Origin: Candidatus Bathyarchaeota archaeon
GTDB taxonomy: Archaea > Thermoproteota > Bathyarchaeia > Bathyarchaeales > Bathyarchaeaceae
NCBI GenBank assembly: GCA_050123155.1
Contig: JASFHP010000001.1
Span: forward strand, 140,271-204,270
Direction: 5' to 3'
Length of the DNA stretch: 64,000 bases
The translations under genes were made by a program, and so were the position numbers. Shown piece by piece: positions 47,080 through 56,609 of the stretch; position 1 is the first letter of the stretch, and the number at the start of each line of letters is the position of its first letter. The notes under the pieces were generated by a model. That model ran no database searches. It was not told the origin of the DNA and worked only from the letters and a program-made list of their open reading frames with translations.

Positions 47080-47418
47080 ATGAAAGCAATGGTGGTCCTA
47101 AACAAGAAAGCCTTTGTGTTGCCTCGAGTTGGAAGAGACAAATTCATTCGCCTAATGAGGCTTGGTCTAGAATACAACAAAGCGAGAGGCACATTCAGCA
47201 TAAGTCACTTCGACAAAATTGAAGAAGTCTTAGACACAATCTCCAGCATCCTAAACGAAGAAGCCACATTCCTCCAAAGCTGTATGATATGCAACAAAGA
47301 TTTTTCCTGCTCTGAATGCAAGTACATCGATTTCTGTGAAACCAAAAACCTTCCTTTTCAGTGCGTGTGCCCCCAATGCCTAAGAAGTGGAGCAAATCCT
47401 CAGCAAAAGCTGTTCTGA
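47080..47418 (+). CDS. Small Cys-rich protein translationally coupled to rfcL
   Basis: The ATG lies 3 nt after the rfcL stop. C-terminal cluster CMICNKDFSCSECKYIDFCETKNLPFQCVCPQC (8 Cys). Confidence 0.5.
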   Translation: MKAMVVLNKKAFVLPRVGRDKFIRLMRLGLEYNKARGTFSISHFDKIEEVLDTISSILNEEATFLQSCMICNKDFSCSECKYIDFCETKNLPFQCVCPQCLRSGANPQQKLF

Positions 47419-47472
47419 AGCATCGGGGCGCCCATTAATCGTTGCAGGTTTCTGTGATTCAACCGCCCCTTT

Positions 47473-48642
47473 TTAGGGTAGGGGTCTCTCTCCCAGAGTC
47501 ACTTCCACGCTTCTTTCCTCTTCGTCTCTGATGAATTCAAAAACCACCGAATCTCCGGGGCTGGTGTTCCGTTCCATGTAAACCACGAGGTCAGCCATTC
47601 TTCTTGTGGCTACACCGTCTATTCCGGTAATCACGTCTCCACCAATCGGAGTCACCTGCCCATCCAACGTGACGTTCTGGTCTGAGCCTCTTAGTCCCGC
47701 CTGATCCGCAGGGCTCCCCTCAGTCACATCCACAAGAAGAACCCCTTGAGGTTTCTCCAGATCCATGGCGTCCGCAATAGTTATGTCCACGTCCAGTGCA
47801 GAGACGCCTATCCACGGATGCGTGTAGTCTCCAGTTTCTATCAGGTCGTTAATCTCCCGTTTAACTGTATCAGAGGGAATAGCAAAGCCTATGCCCGTGA
47901 AGGTGCCAGTTTCCGACTGTATAGCCGTGTTCACGCCCACAACCTGACCTTTGAGGTTAACCAAGGGACCACCGGAGTTGCCAGGGTTCACGGCTGCGTC
48001 TATCTGAACTATGTCTATGATCATATAATTTCCTGCTGCTACCATGGTTCTCTCCACAGAGGAGACTATGCCTGCGGTTAGGGTGTCGCTGAGACCGAAA
48101 GGATTGCCCATAGCTGCAACAGGTTCACCCACAATAAGGTCAGAGGAACTTCCGAGAACCACCGGATGCAAGGTTGTGACTTCCGGATCAACTTTTATGA
48201 CGGCTAGGTCACTGTAGATGTCCATTCCAACTACATTGGCTGAGGTTATGTTTCCGTCTAGGAAGGTGACCTGTATTGTTGTGGCGTTCTCGATTACATG
48301 ATGGTTAGTTATGATACGTCCCTCCGTGTCATACACGAATCCTGAGCCTAAACCAAGATTGGTTTCGATAAGAACCACAGAGTCTTTGAGCTGATCATAA
48401 ATCGTGGACCATGGCATCAGACCTGTCTGATTAACAATGTCCAGAATTTCGATTTGGTTCTGTAGGTCCTGAATTTCGCTGCTCTGTTCTGTGAGGGTTG
48501 TCTCCATCGTTTCCAGTTGAGTTTGAAGATTCAAGAAAGCTACAGCGAACACTGCCGTGTTGACGATAAGGAGGATGAGGATTGCTGCAAAGGCGTAAGC
48601 CCACTTGCTGGAACTTGAGGATGAAGATTCTTCGGGCATCAA
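47473..48642 (-). CDS. htrA: HtrA/DegP-family serine protease with PDZ domain, membrane anchored
   Basis: N-terminal TM segment, ITNHHV (His), GNSGGPL (Ser), C-terminal PDZ-like region. Confidence 0.9.
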   Translation of the reverse strand: MMPEESSSSSSSKWAYAFAAILILLIVNTAVFAVAFLNLQTQLETMETTLTEQSSEIQDLQNQIEILDIVNQTGLMPWSTIYDQLKDSVVLIETNLGLGSGFVYDTEGRIITNHHVIENATTIQVTFLDGNITSANVVGMDIYSDLAVIKVDPEVTTLHPVVLGSSSDLIVGEPVAAMGNPFGLSDTLTAGIVSSVERTMVAAGNYMIIDIVQIDAAVNPGNSGGPLVNLKGQVVGVNTAIQSETGTFTGIGFAIPSDTVKREINDLIETGDYTHPWIGVSALDVDITIADAMDLEKPQGVLLVDVTEGSPADQAGLRGSDQNVTLDGQVTPIGGDVITGIDGVATRRMADLVVYMERNTSPGDSVVFEFIRDEEERSVEVTLGERPLP

Positions 48643-48741
48643 ACTACTTGTCCTTCCTATGTTTCAGTTGTGTATTACCCCTCTTAGGGGAATCGTCTGT
48701 TCTAAAATTTTCGGGTCAAATTCACTCGCAAAAGGAATCGA

Positions 48742-49680
48742 TCAGGCTTTGATCCTAGCTGTTTGGGTTTCCCCGTAATATGGTTGGCGCTTTTTGACTG
48801 CTTCAAGGAAGATTTCTGTCAGTTTTTTGTCGTCGGCTCCATTCCGCATGGGCGAGAGAATGTCCACCAGATTGTCTTTTCTCATCAGGCAAGGCTTCAG
48901 TTTTCCGTCGCTTGTCACCCGGATGCGGGTGCAGTTGACGCAAAACTCGGTGTTTTCTATTGGACGAATAACTTCAACCTTCACTTTCGGCAGAGTGTAA
49001 ACCCGCCGTTTCTGCATATACTTTCGAACCCTCGTCTCCGAAGCCAACTTCTCCAACTTCTGCACTATCTCACCCAAGCCAAGATGATAGCGTTCATAAT
49101 ATCCCCTGCTGAGGTTAATCGGCTCCAGCTCAATCAACTGCAGGATTGTCCCCGTTTCCGCCGCAAACTTGACCATCTTGTCTATTTCACCATCATTAAC
49201 GTTCTTGAGCACCAGCATATTCACTTTCACAGGATGCAATCCAGCTTCTACCGCAGCTCTGACTCCGTTGATGGCGTCTTGCAGGTCGCCTCCCATGACA
49301 GCATTGTACACGTCAGGGTTTAGGGTGGGGAGACTCACGTTCACCCGGCTTAACCCCGCTTTCTTCAGGTCTTTAGCCAAGCCATTCAGGTGTGTTCCGT
49401 TGGTGGTCATGGACAGGTCTGTTAAGCCCTCAAGCGCATTTATGCCCCCGACTATCCTGACGATTTCCTTGCGAAGCAGGGGCTCTCCTCCGGTTAGTTT
49501 AACTCGGGAGATTCCGAGGCTGATGGCTATCCGAACTATGCGAACAATCTCGTCTACTGTCATGAGTGTTGAGGGGTTGGTTTCGCCCTCCCTGTGGCAA
49601 TAAGGACAATGCTTATCACATTTCTGAGTAACAGAAATCCTCAAGTTGAGAACTGGACGTCCATAATTGTCATAGATCAT
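48742..49680 (-). CDS. moaA: GTP 3',8-cyclase (molybdenum cofactor biosynthesis protein A)
   Basis: Radical SAM motif CDKHCPYC, then GGEPLLR and the C-terminal Cys cluster CVNCTRIR...C. The ATG at 49680 (MIYDNYGRPV) is preferred over the long track ORF. Confidence 0.9.
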   Translation of the reverse strand: MIYDNYGRPVLNLRISVTQKCDKHCPYCHREGETNPSTLMTVDEIVRIVRIAISLGISRVKLTGGEPLLRKEIVRIVGGINALEGLTDLSMTTNGTHLNGLAKDLKKAGLSRVNVSLPTLNPDVYNAVMGGDLQDAINGVRAAVEAGLHPVKVNMLVLKNVNDGEIDKMVKFAAETGTILQLIELEPINLSRGYYERYHLGLGEIVQKLEKLASETRVRKYMQKRRVYTLPKVKVEVIRPIENTEFCVNCTRIRVTSDGKLKPCLMRKDNLVDILSPMRNGADDKKLTEIFLEAVKKRQPYYGETQTARIKA

Positions 49681-49835
49681 CAGGGTCACGTTTCTCAGCA
49701 GATACGTTGTGTACAGGAAAACACATCTCAACCAAGATAAACTTTCCCTAAACAAGCCACAAACTAACAGAAGGGCAACATCAAAGCAAGGAAACTTAGA
49801 ATGAATACCCGCACTCGGGCACAACCTACATAAAC

Positions 49836-50210
49836 TTGCTCATTTCCTTAGAATATCAACGACCTGAGGTGAGTTGCATTTTGTCTTTCCAGTTGGATTC
49901 CTTATCATCAAAAGAATTACACAAAGATGTGCTCGTGAGGCTTATACACGGAAACGAGTTGACGCTGAACTACTTTGAACTGAAAAACGAAAACGTGAAG
50001 ATTTCTTTCCACGAACATCCCGTGGAACATCTTGTCGTCGTTCTGAAGGGCGAGATGGAATTTATGTTTGAAGACCAAAAACTCATCCTGAAGAAGAAAG
50101 ACTGCCTGTTTGTTCCCGCTAAAAAACGGCACACAGCACGGGTAATCCATGGTCCTGTGAAGGCACTGGAAATATACATCGTTGCAGAAGACAAATACTA
50201 CAAGAGATAA
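49836..50210 (+). CDS. Cupin-domain protein
   Basis: HEHPVEHLVVVLKGEMEF...FVPAKKRHTA cupin motifs. Start uncertain (TTG at 49836 or 49893). Confidence 0.65.
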   Translation: MLISLEYQRPEVSCILSFQLDSLSSKELHKDVLVRLIHGNELTLNYFELKNENVKISFHEHPVEHLVVVLKGEMEFMFEDQKLILKKKDCLFVPAKKRHTARVIHGPVKALEIYIVAEDKYYKR

Positions 50211-51319
50211 GGAGCAGCATCCAACACATGCACTGAAGTTGACTTCAAATCGTCCAGCCAGCAAGCGCTTTCATCAACTGGTCTCGTGAAAATTTTGCCT
50301 AATCTCTTCCTGTTTTTTGCTTGATGATACTTAAAGTAGATTTTGTCCTCGAAAATGCCCAGTATCTCTATCTTGCCGGTTCTGTGAGACATGATATACT
50401 TAAACCGTTTACTGAGACCATTACAGTGTGCCTTCGCCTTCTCCACAATCTCTATTCCCCTGCAGAGGGGCACTTGAAAATGCATTTTAACTCTCTTGAC
50501 TGGTCTGCACTGAAAAACATAGTATGGGCTGGCGCCGATACTCACCAGTTCATTCAGGAGATTAGTCAGCGTCACAGGATTGTCATTGACGCCTTTCAGC
50601 AAGATTGATTGATTGTTCACTATAACGCCTGATTTAATCAGATTATCTACTGCCTTGATGGACTGCTCGGTTATTTCGTTTGGATGGTTAAACTGGGTAA
50701 CAACATATATTCGTCTATCCGGAAGCGAATACTTTGAGAGAATTTTTAGTAACTCATCATCCTCGAACCGTGACGGAAATGTCACCGGTGCTCTGCTGCC
50801 AAAGCGTATGAACTTTAACTGCGGAAAGTCTGACAGAATCGAAAGAAGTTTGTCGATAACTTCGTTTTTGAGCACAAGAGGGTCGCCGCCAGTAATCAAA
50901 ACATTGTTGATGTGTTCGTGCTGTTTTATGTACTCTGCTGCATCTTCGAAGCGTTCAATTATCTCCTTTGTTTGCAAGCCAACCAGCCTCTTTCTGAAGC
51001 AGTGCCTGCAGTAGGTTGCACACTTGTTTGTGGCTAAAATCAAGGCTGTCTCCGAGTATTTGTGCTGAAGCCCTGCCAGTTTGGTGTTCTCTGCTTCGCC
51101 GCTTGTGTCATAGGAACCTTGAAGGCTAAATTCGTTCAATGACGGAATCGCCATCTTTCTTACGGGATCATCAGGATCGTCCCAGTTTATCAGCGACATG
51201 TAATATGCAGTAACACGCATTGGATGCCGCTGTGTAATTTGTCTCAGTTTTCTCTCTTCTTTAGGCGCCAAATCAGTGTAATCTTTGAGTTGTTCAATCG
51301 TACAGACACTATTTTCCAT
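50198..51319 (-). CDS. KamA-family radical SAM aminomutase-like protein
   Basis: CATYCRHCFRKR cluster motif, ITGGDPL, PYYVFQCRP and a conserved Lys in HRTGKIEI (PLP-Lys position of lysine 2,3-aminomutases). Confidence 0.85.
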   Translation of the reverse strand: MENSVCTIEQLKDYTDLAPKEERKLRQITQRHPMRVTAYYMSLINWDDPDDPVRKMAIPSLNEFSLQGSYDTSGEAENTKLAGLQHKYSETALILATNKCATYCRHCFRKRLVGLQTKEIIERFEDAAEYIKQHEHINNVLITGGDPLVLKNEVIDKLLSILSDFPQLKFIRFGSRAPVTFPSRFEDDELLKILSKYSLPDRRIYVVTQFNHPNEITEQSIKAVDNLIKSGVIVNNQSILLKGVNDNPVTLTNLLNELVSIGASPYYVFQCRPVKRVKMHFQVPLCRGIEIVEKAKAHCNGLSKRFKYIMSHRTGKIEILGIFEDKIYFKYHQAKNRKRLGKIFTRPVDESACWLDDLKSTSVHVLDAAPYLL

Positions 51320-51896
51320 CTATTCTCTCCTCATCATTACTTGAATTTGAGATTCGGTTTGCAACCGAGTTAGCCTTTTCTTCGGTAATTCTGTAGAAAG
51401 TTCGTCCAATATCATACACGAACAAGATAATCAACCCCAAGGCAGCATACTTGGTGATTTCCTGCAATAAGGGTCCAAAATTTGATAGGTTACGAAATAG
51501 AGGAAATATTGCAGCAGCCACCAAAAGGATGGCAACTATGTAGATGATGTCCTTGAACACCCGCTGTCTAGACAACCCCTCTTTTATGCCTAAAAGTCTC
51601 AAAAATAATCCGGTTAATTTATCAGCGATTGACAAGGCATCAAACAATGTTCGAACCAAAAACATTCCAGCTGCAAGCAGTAACCCTATCTGCAACAAAA
51701 ACGTGATTTCTGAGCTAATGCTGTTGAGAGTCACCAGAGCAATGTGGCTCATAGTCCAGAACATCAGAGCAAGTGCTACGTTAGCCAGTAATTTGGGAAG
51801 TTTGTATCTGATTTCTTGTCGTAAAGTGCTCACAGTTGCTAATTCCAACCTGCTGAATTTTTGGTATTTGTCGACTTCTGTAACTATTGACGGCAT
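51309..51896 (-). CDS. Membrane protein of unknown function, paralog of 3554-4096
   Basis: Shares LGIKEG, DIIYIVAILLV and VYDIGRTFYRITEEKANS with the 180-aa protein. Overlaps the KamA-like gene start by 11 nt. Confidence 0.6.
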   Translation of the reverse strand: MPSIVTEVDKYQKFSRLELATVSTLRQEIRYKLPKLLANVALALMFWTMSHIALVTLNSISSEITFLLQIGLLLAAGMFLVRTLFDALSIADKLTGLFLRLLGIKEGLSRQRVFKDIIYIVAILLVAAAIFPLFRNLSNFGPLLQEITKYAALGLIILFVYDIGRTFYRITEEKANSVANRISNSSNDEERIDGK

Positions 51897-52166
51897 AATG
51901 CAAGTTTACGCACATGACAACAGTCGACAAACGATTAACTAAAGCAGCACATTGTATATTCTGGCGAGAGTTTATAAACATACTGTGCAGATACCAAACT
52001 TACGAGCGTCTGTTTCTTGCAAGCTCAGGAGCGCTAATAGGCTACATCCTGCTGCTTAATCAGGAAGAATTTAATCTAATGTGGGGGAGGTCTCCACACT
52101 TCCACATTAAGGTCTCACGCAAAGCTTATAAAAAAAACTATCCAACACTAATCGAGGTTTAAAAAA

Positions 52167-54722
52167 ATGAAAAAATCATATTGCAAAACAAAAATTTCTA
52201 CTATTGCTTTAATTCTGGTGTTAACTGTATCTGCTATCATAGTTGCTTTGCCAGCGGTTACCGCACAAGCGGGTACGAAAAAGACCTACGCCTACATTGG
52301 TGCTGTCCCTAACCCAGTGGGCGTTAACCAACAAGTTCTGCTGCATGTTGGAATTACGGAAAACTTGTATAACGTAGCCCAGGGTTGGGATGACCTTTGG
52401 ATAACAATCGAAAGACCCGACGGTCACACCGATACACTTGAAAATATCAGAACCGACTCGACAGGCGGAACAACCAGAGACTACACACCTGACCAAGTGG
52501 GCAAATACTACATTCAGACACACTTCCCTGAACAGGAGACAACCCGCGATAAACAGGCGGGAAGCATGTTCACGTCAAATGTCCCCGTAGGCACAGTGAT
52601 GTTAGCCAGTGAAAGCGAAATACTCGAGCTTGTTGTGCAAGAAGAACCGATAGAGTACTATCCCGGACAACCTCTTCCGAACGAATACTGGACTCGCCCA
52701 ATAGATGCACAGCTTAGAGAATGGTCAAGGATAGCAGGAAGCTGGGTATGGGGATCAGGCACGTTTGGCGGAACTGATATCCCCAACCGGTACGCTCCTT
52801 ACAACGACGATGCGCCAGAGAGTGCCCACATACTATGGACACATCCATTTACGATTGGAGGTCTTGCTGGAGGAATAACTGGTGTTCAGGGAATGGAATG
52901 TGGAGATGCATACGAAGGCAAATGGGGCGGCTCATTAATCCTATGTGGAAGACTTTACTACCGAACCGGTGCCTACGACCGACCCGTAGAGTATCACTGT
53001 GTAGACCTACATACCGGAGAAGAGCTGTGGGCTAAAACCTTTCTAGACAACCAAACTCTAGCCTTTGCGCAAACATTCTATTGGACTTCATACAACTATC
53101 ACGGCGTTTTCCCATACTTGTATGTAAGTGAGGGCGGTGGCGGTTTCTTCTTTGGTGGTGGCGGTACACAAACTTGGCATGCGTTTGATCCTTACACTGG
53201 ACAATGGCGGTTTACCATCGAGAACGTGCCTTCAGGCACCAAGCTAACTGGTCCAAACGGTGAATTCTACATACTAGAGATTGACCAACAAAGAGGCTGG
53301 ATGGCTCTGTGGAACATGACTGCTGTCATCTCCACGGGAGGCAGTTGGGGAAGCGCAGCCCATCTAAGCACACACAATGGAGATACCTCGAGTGCATATA
53401 GCTGGAACGTGACCATACCAACTGGCCTGCCGGGAAGCGTTCAAGCAGCCGTTCTTGATGACAAAGTAGTCGGTGGGACTGTAAGCCTCACAGAGGTCAC
53501 TTCTTGGGGCTTAAACTTAGACGCGTCAAAGGGAAACATAGGAGCAGAGCTGTTCAGAAAGACTGTAGATGCACCAGCTTCTTGGGCTGAAGGCAGCGAA
53601 AGCGTGAGTTGGGCTGCGACTTCCATTGAGGAAGGCGTTTTCGTTGTGTGGTCGAAAGAGGCGATACGATATTGGGGTTTCAGCACTGAAACAGGGGATT
53701 ATCTGTGGGTAACCGAACCGCAGTACTATCTAGACTTTCTTGTTTCAACGAACACCGCTATCGTCTACGACCACCTCTATTCAGTCGGTATCGCTGGAAT
53801 AGTGTATGCATATAATCTTACTACAGGCGAGATAGATTGGAAATACGTAGCCGAGGATCCCTACCAAGAATTCTTGTGGGGTAACAATTGGTGGTCTGCA
53901 CTACTGTTCGTTACCGATGGAAAACTCTATTTGGGACATTCAGAGCACTCTCCCATTGATCCCAAACCACGTGGTGCACCATTCTACTGCCTCGACGCAA
54001 CAGACGGATCGCTAATATGGAGCGCCGATGGTTTGTTCCGTCAAAGCAACTGGGGAGGAACAGCAGTTATCGGTGACAGCATAATAGCGACACAAGACAC
54101 ATACGACCAACGCGTATATGCTATAGGCAAGGGACCAAGCGAACTCACAGTCTCTATCCCGACTAATGTTGTGCAAAAGGGAAGCAGTGTACTGATAGAG
54201 GGCACAGTGATGGATGTGTCGCCAGGCACACAAAACACTGATCTGCAAATGAGATTCTCGAAGGGTGTTCCCGCTGTATCTGATGAGAGCATGAGCGATT
54301 GGATGCTATACGTGTACAAGCAGTTCCCACGTCCAGAAGACGTTGAAGGCGTTGAAGTATTCGTGAAAATACAAGATCCTAATGGCGACTGGTACTCAGC
54401 CACTGTTACAGCCGATTCAAATGGCAAGTTCAGCCACATGTGGGCTCCCGCCATTGTCGGCGAGTACAAGGTCACTGCGATGTTCGAAGGCTCCAACTCC
54501 TACTACCCGTCACAGGATACAATCACATTTGGTGTAGATGAAGCAGCAGAGGCTCCTAGCGCAGCAGAGATTGCTCAGACAACAGTAAACCAGATGCCAG
54601 CGTACCCAACAATTCCAGAAATACCCGCATACCTGACAATAGACCTGATCATTCTGATAATCGCTGTCGTCGTTTTGGTCATCGGCTTACTGGCCTACAT
54701 GGCACTCAGAAAACAGAAATAA
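52167..54722 (+). CDS. Large secreted PQQ-like beta-propeller surface protein with Ig-like end domains and C-terminal TM anchor
   Basis: Signal peptide. Repeated a.D..tGe..W blades (CVDLHTGEELW, FDPYTGQWRF, AYNLTTGEIDW, CLDATDGSLIW). C-terminal PEIPAYL plus TM plus RKQK. Confidence 0.8.
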   Translation: MKKSYCKTKISTIALILVLTVSAIIVALPAVTAQAGTKKTYAYIGAVPNPVGVNQQVLLHVGITENLYNVAQGWDDLWITIERPDGHTDTLENIRTDSTGGTTRDYTPDQVGKYYIQTHFPEQETTRDKQAGSMFTSNVPVGTVMLASESEILELVVQEEPIEYYPGQPLPNEYWTRPIDAQLREWSRIAGSWVWGSGTFGGTDIPNRYAPYNDDAPESAHILWTHPFTIGGLAGGITGVQGMECGDAYEGKWGGSLILCGRLYYRTGAYDRPVEYHCVDLHTGEELWAKTFLDNQTLAFAQTFYWTSYNYHGVFPYLYVSEGGGGFFFGGGGTQTWHAFDPYTGQWRFTIENVPSGTKLTGPNGEFYILEIDQQRGWMALWNMTAVISTGGSWGSAAHLSTHNGDTSSAYSWNVTIPTGLPGSVQAAVLDDKVVGGTVSLTEVTSWGLNLDASKGNIGAELFRKTVDAPASWAEGSESVSWAATSIEEGVFVVWSKEAIRYWGFSTETGDYLWVTEPQYYLDFLVSTNTAIVYDHLYSVGIAGIVYAYNLTTGEIDWKYVAEDPYQEFLWGNNWWSALLFVTDGKLYLGHSEHSPIDPKPRGAPFYCLDATDGSLIWSADGLFRQSNWGGTAVIGDSIIATQDTYDQRVYAIGKGPSELTVSIPTNVVQKGSSVLIEGTVMDVSPGTQNTDLQMRFSKGVPAVSDESMSDWMLYVYKQFPRPEDVEGVEVFVKIQDPNGDWYSATVTADSNGKFSHMWAPAIVGEYKVTAMFEGSNSYYPSQDTITFGVDEAAEAPSAAEIAQTTVNQMPAYPTIPEIPAYLTIDLIILIIAVVVLVIGLLAYMALRKQK

Positions 54723-54735
54723 CCCAATTTCCCTT

Positions 54736-54753
54736 CCCCCTTTTTTTGTGGGG
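54736..54753 (+). terminator. Oligo-T tract with flanking C/G arms after 52167-54722
   Basis: ccccc-ttttttt-gtgggg lies 14 nt after the stop codon. Archaeal termination uses oligo-T. Confidence 0.5.
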
Positions 54754-54899
54754 AAGTAAAACATCAAAAGAATTTCTGGAGAACAACATCGAAAACCTGA
54801 AATTAGGTTGACAGGAAGACTATTAGGAAAATATGTGAAATAATAGCTTGTTTAAAATAAGGTAGATGAGCCTAAAAGAGCAACGGAGGAAAGGCAAAA

Positions 54900-55472
54900 G
54901 TGGGTTATGTTGGGAACATCGAAAAACTAGCCGAGATGCTGAAGCCAACATCAGAAAGTCTAGATGCTAACGCCGCCGTTGTTGTGCTGCTGAGAGCAAC
55001 AAATCAGGACTTTCAGGTGTTGTTTGTGAAGAGGGCTAAGAAATCAGGTGACCCTTGGTCAGGGCAGACAGCGTTTCCCGGTGGAAAAGGTAATCCTGAA
55101 GACCGGAATCTGAAGGAGACCGTGGTTAGGGAAACCTTTGAGGAAACCAGTATAAAACTTCTTGAGGGCTGCCGTTTTCTCGGAGCAATGGAGCCTGTGA
55201 GGTCGACACAAAAACCTGAAATGCAGATTCGTCCCTTTGTCGTCCTCCTAGAGAAGGAACAGGCTATAGAATTGAACGAGGAGTTAACGGAGTACTTCTG
55301 GACGCCACTAAAAGCGCTCGCCAAACACAAGGGAACCGCGAAATTCAGTTTCGGAGAACACCCAGCCTACATCATAGGAAAGCACGTTATCTGGGGGTTA
55401 ACCTACAAAATCTTGCAAAATCTTCTTTTGTTATTCTCATCCATTGTGGAAGAAAAGCCAAAAGAAGGCTAA
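54900..55472 (+). CDS. NUDIX hydrolase
   Basis: Nudix box GGKGNPEDRNLKETVVRETFEETSI. Confidence 0.85.
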   Translation: MGYVGNIEKLAEMLKPTSESLDANAAVVVLLRATNQDFQVLFVKRAKKSGDPWSGQTAFPGGKGNPEDRNLKETVVRETFEETSIKLLEGCRFLGAMEPVRSTQKPEMQIRPFVVLLEKEQAIELNEELTEYFWTPLKALAKHKGTAKFSFGEHPAYIIGKHVIWGLTYKILQNLLLLFSSIVEEKPKEG

Positions 55473-55481
55473 TCTGTCATT

Positions 55482-56576
55482 TCAGAAGTTTTCTACGGCA
55501 GTGGAAACGCGTCTCAAGCACTCAAGTACAGTTTCATATGTTGGGTACCCCTTTAATCCGCATTCAGGTCCCGCGTACAGCACCCTCTCAGCACCAAACC
55601 GCTCAACCACCTTAACCAGCCGACTCTTCATCAGTTCTACAGTTTCAAGAAAGATTTCGGAATTGATTCGTCCATGTTTGATGCCTGTCCAAGTGTCAGC
55701 AATCCTCTCATTTAGGTCTGATTCAGCCAGCTTTTCTGGGGAATCTGCATCAATCTTTTTCCTGATCAACGCATCGAAGTCGTTAACTGCTACGCTAGCC
55801 TTCAGAAACTTGTCTCGCGACTCTAGCAGTTCTCCAGTTTTTTTCATTTTGATTAGGGGGTCATCAACATGCGATTCAATCACGTCTAAGGAGGGTATAT
55901 CCCAGAAAAGCGGGTTTGCTGTGCTGTGAAGATGAATTATAGACTGGGCGTTCTTGGACTTGATTTTGTGGAAAATGGATTCCCATGTCCGTCTAAGGTT
56001 TTTTCTGCCTTCGGAACCGAAATCGATTAACGGGTCGTCTTGCAGCCCGAAGACTGGCTCATCCACCGAAACCAAACTGACTCTGCCGTGCTTATTGTTG
56101 AAGATGCTGCTTTCCACGATCTGAGAAATGACGTTTCCTAGCCTACTGAATGTGTCCTCCCTTTTGTAAGGGAAAAAGGAAGCCAGCGTGTAAGGTCCGG
56201 TAACACAAATCCTAATTTCGAAGGCTGCACCCTTCTTCTCCTGAATCCTCTGCGAGTTTTTTTCTATCACCATAACCTCTGGTATGCAGCTTCTGTCTGC
56301 CTTCACAGAAGGAATCTGGGTTTCTATGTAGCCACCATTAACCCGCTCTATTCCATCTATCACAGACAGAAACATCTTGTTCATATCTCGGAACTGAGGA
56401 AAATTTGGAACATCAATGCCTGCCCCGATTTTGTCCACTAAGCCTTCAAGCACCTTTTTCTCAAAAAATTTGGCTGATTCATCTGCTGAGGAGAGGCTGA
56501 AAAGGTTAGCTCCCTCCACAAACTGCCTTGAATCAGCAACAGGCGGAAAACTGCCCACATCACAGGATCTAACCAT
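55482..56576 (-). CDS. Cobalamin-independent methionine synthase (MetE C-terminal domain-like) family protein
   Basis: N-terminal DVGSFP and C-terminal YAGPECGLKGYP are characteristic of short archaeal MetE homologs. Confidence 0.7.
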   Translation of the reverse strand: MVRSCDVGSFPPVADSRQFVEGANLFSLSSADESAKFFEKKVLEGLVDKIGAGIDVPNFPQFRDMNKMFLSVIDGIERVNGGYIETQIPSVKADRSCIPEVMVIEKNSQRIQEKKGAAFEIRICVTGPYTLASFFPYKREDTFSRLGNVISQIVESSIFNNKHGRVSLVSVDEPVFGLQDDPLIDFGSEGRKNLRRTWESIFHKIKSKNAQSIIHLHSTANPLFWDIPSLDVIESHVDDPLIKMKKTGELLESRDKFLKASVAVNDFDALIRKKIDADSPEKLAESDLNERIADTWTGIKHGRINSEIFLETVELMKSRLVKVVERFGAERVLYAGPECGLKGYPTYETVLECLRRVSTAVENF

Positions 56577-56609
56577 TAAAACGCCTCCCTCTTTTGGAAT
56601 ATTTCTCCT

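Noticed and set aside
49681-49824. N-terminal 48-aa extension of moaA in the ORF track
   Set aside because: The Cys/Leu-rich extension is unlike MoaA. The conserved N-terminus starts at MIYDNYGRPV (ATG 49680).
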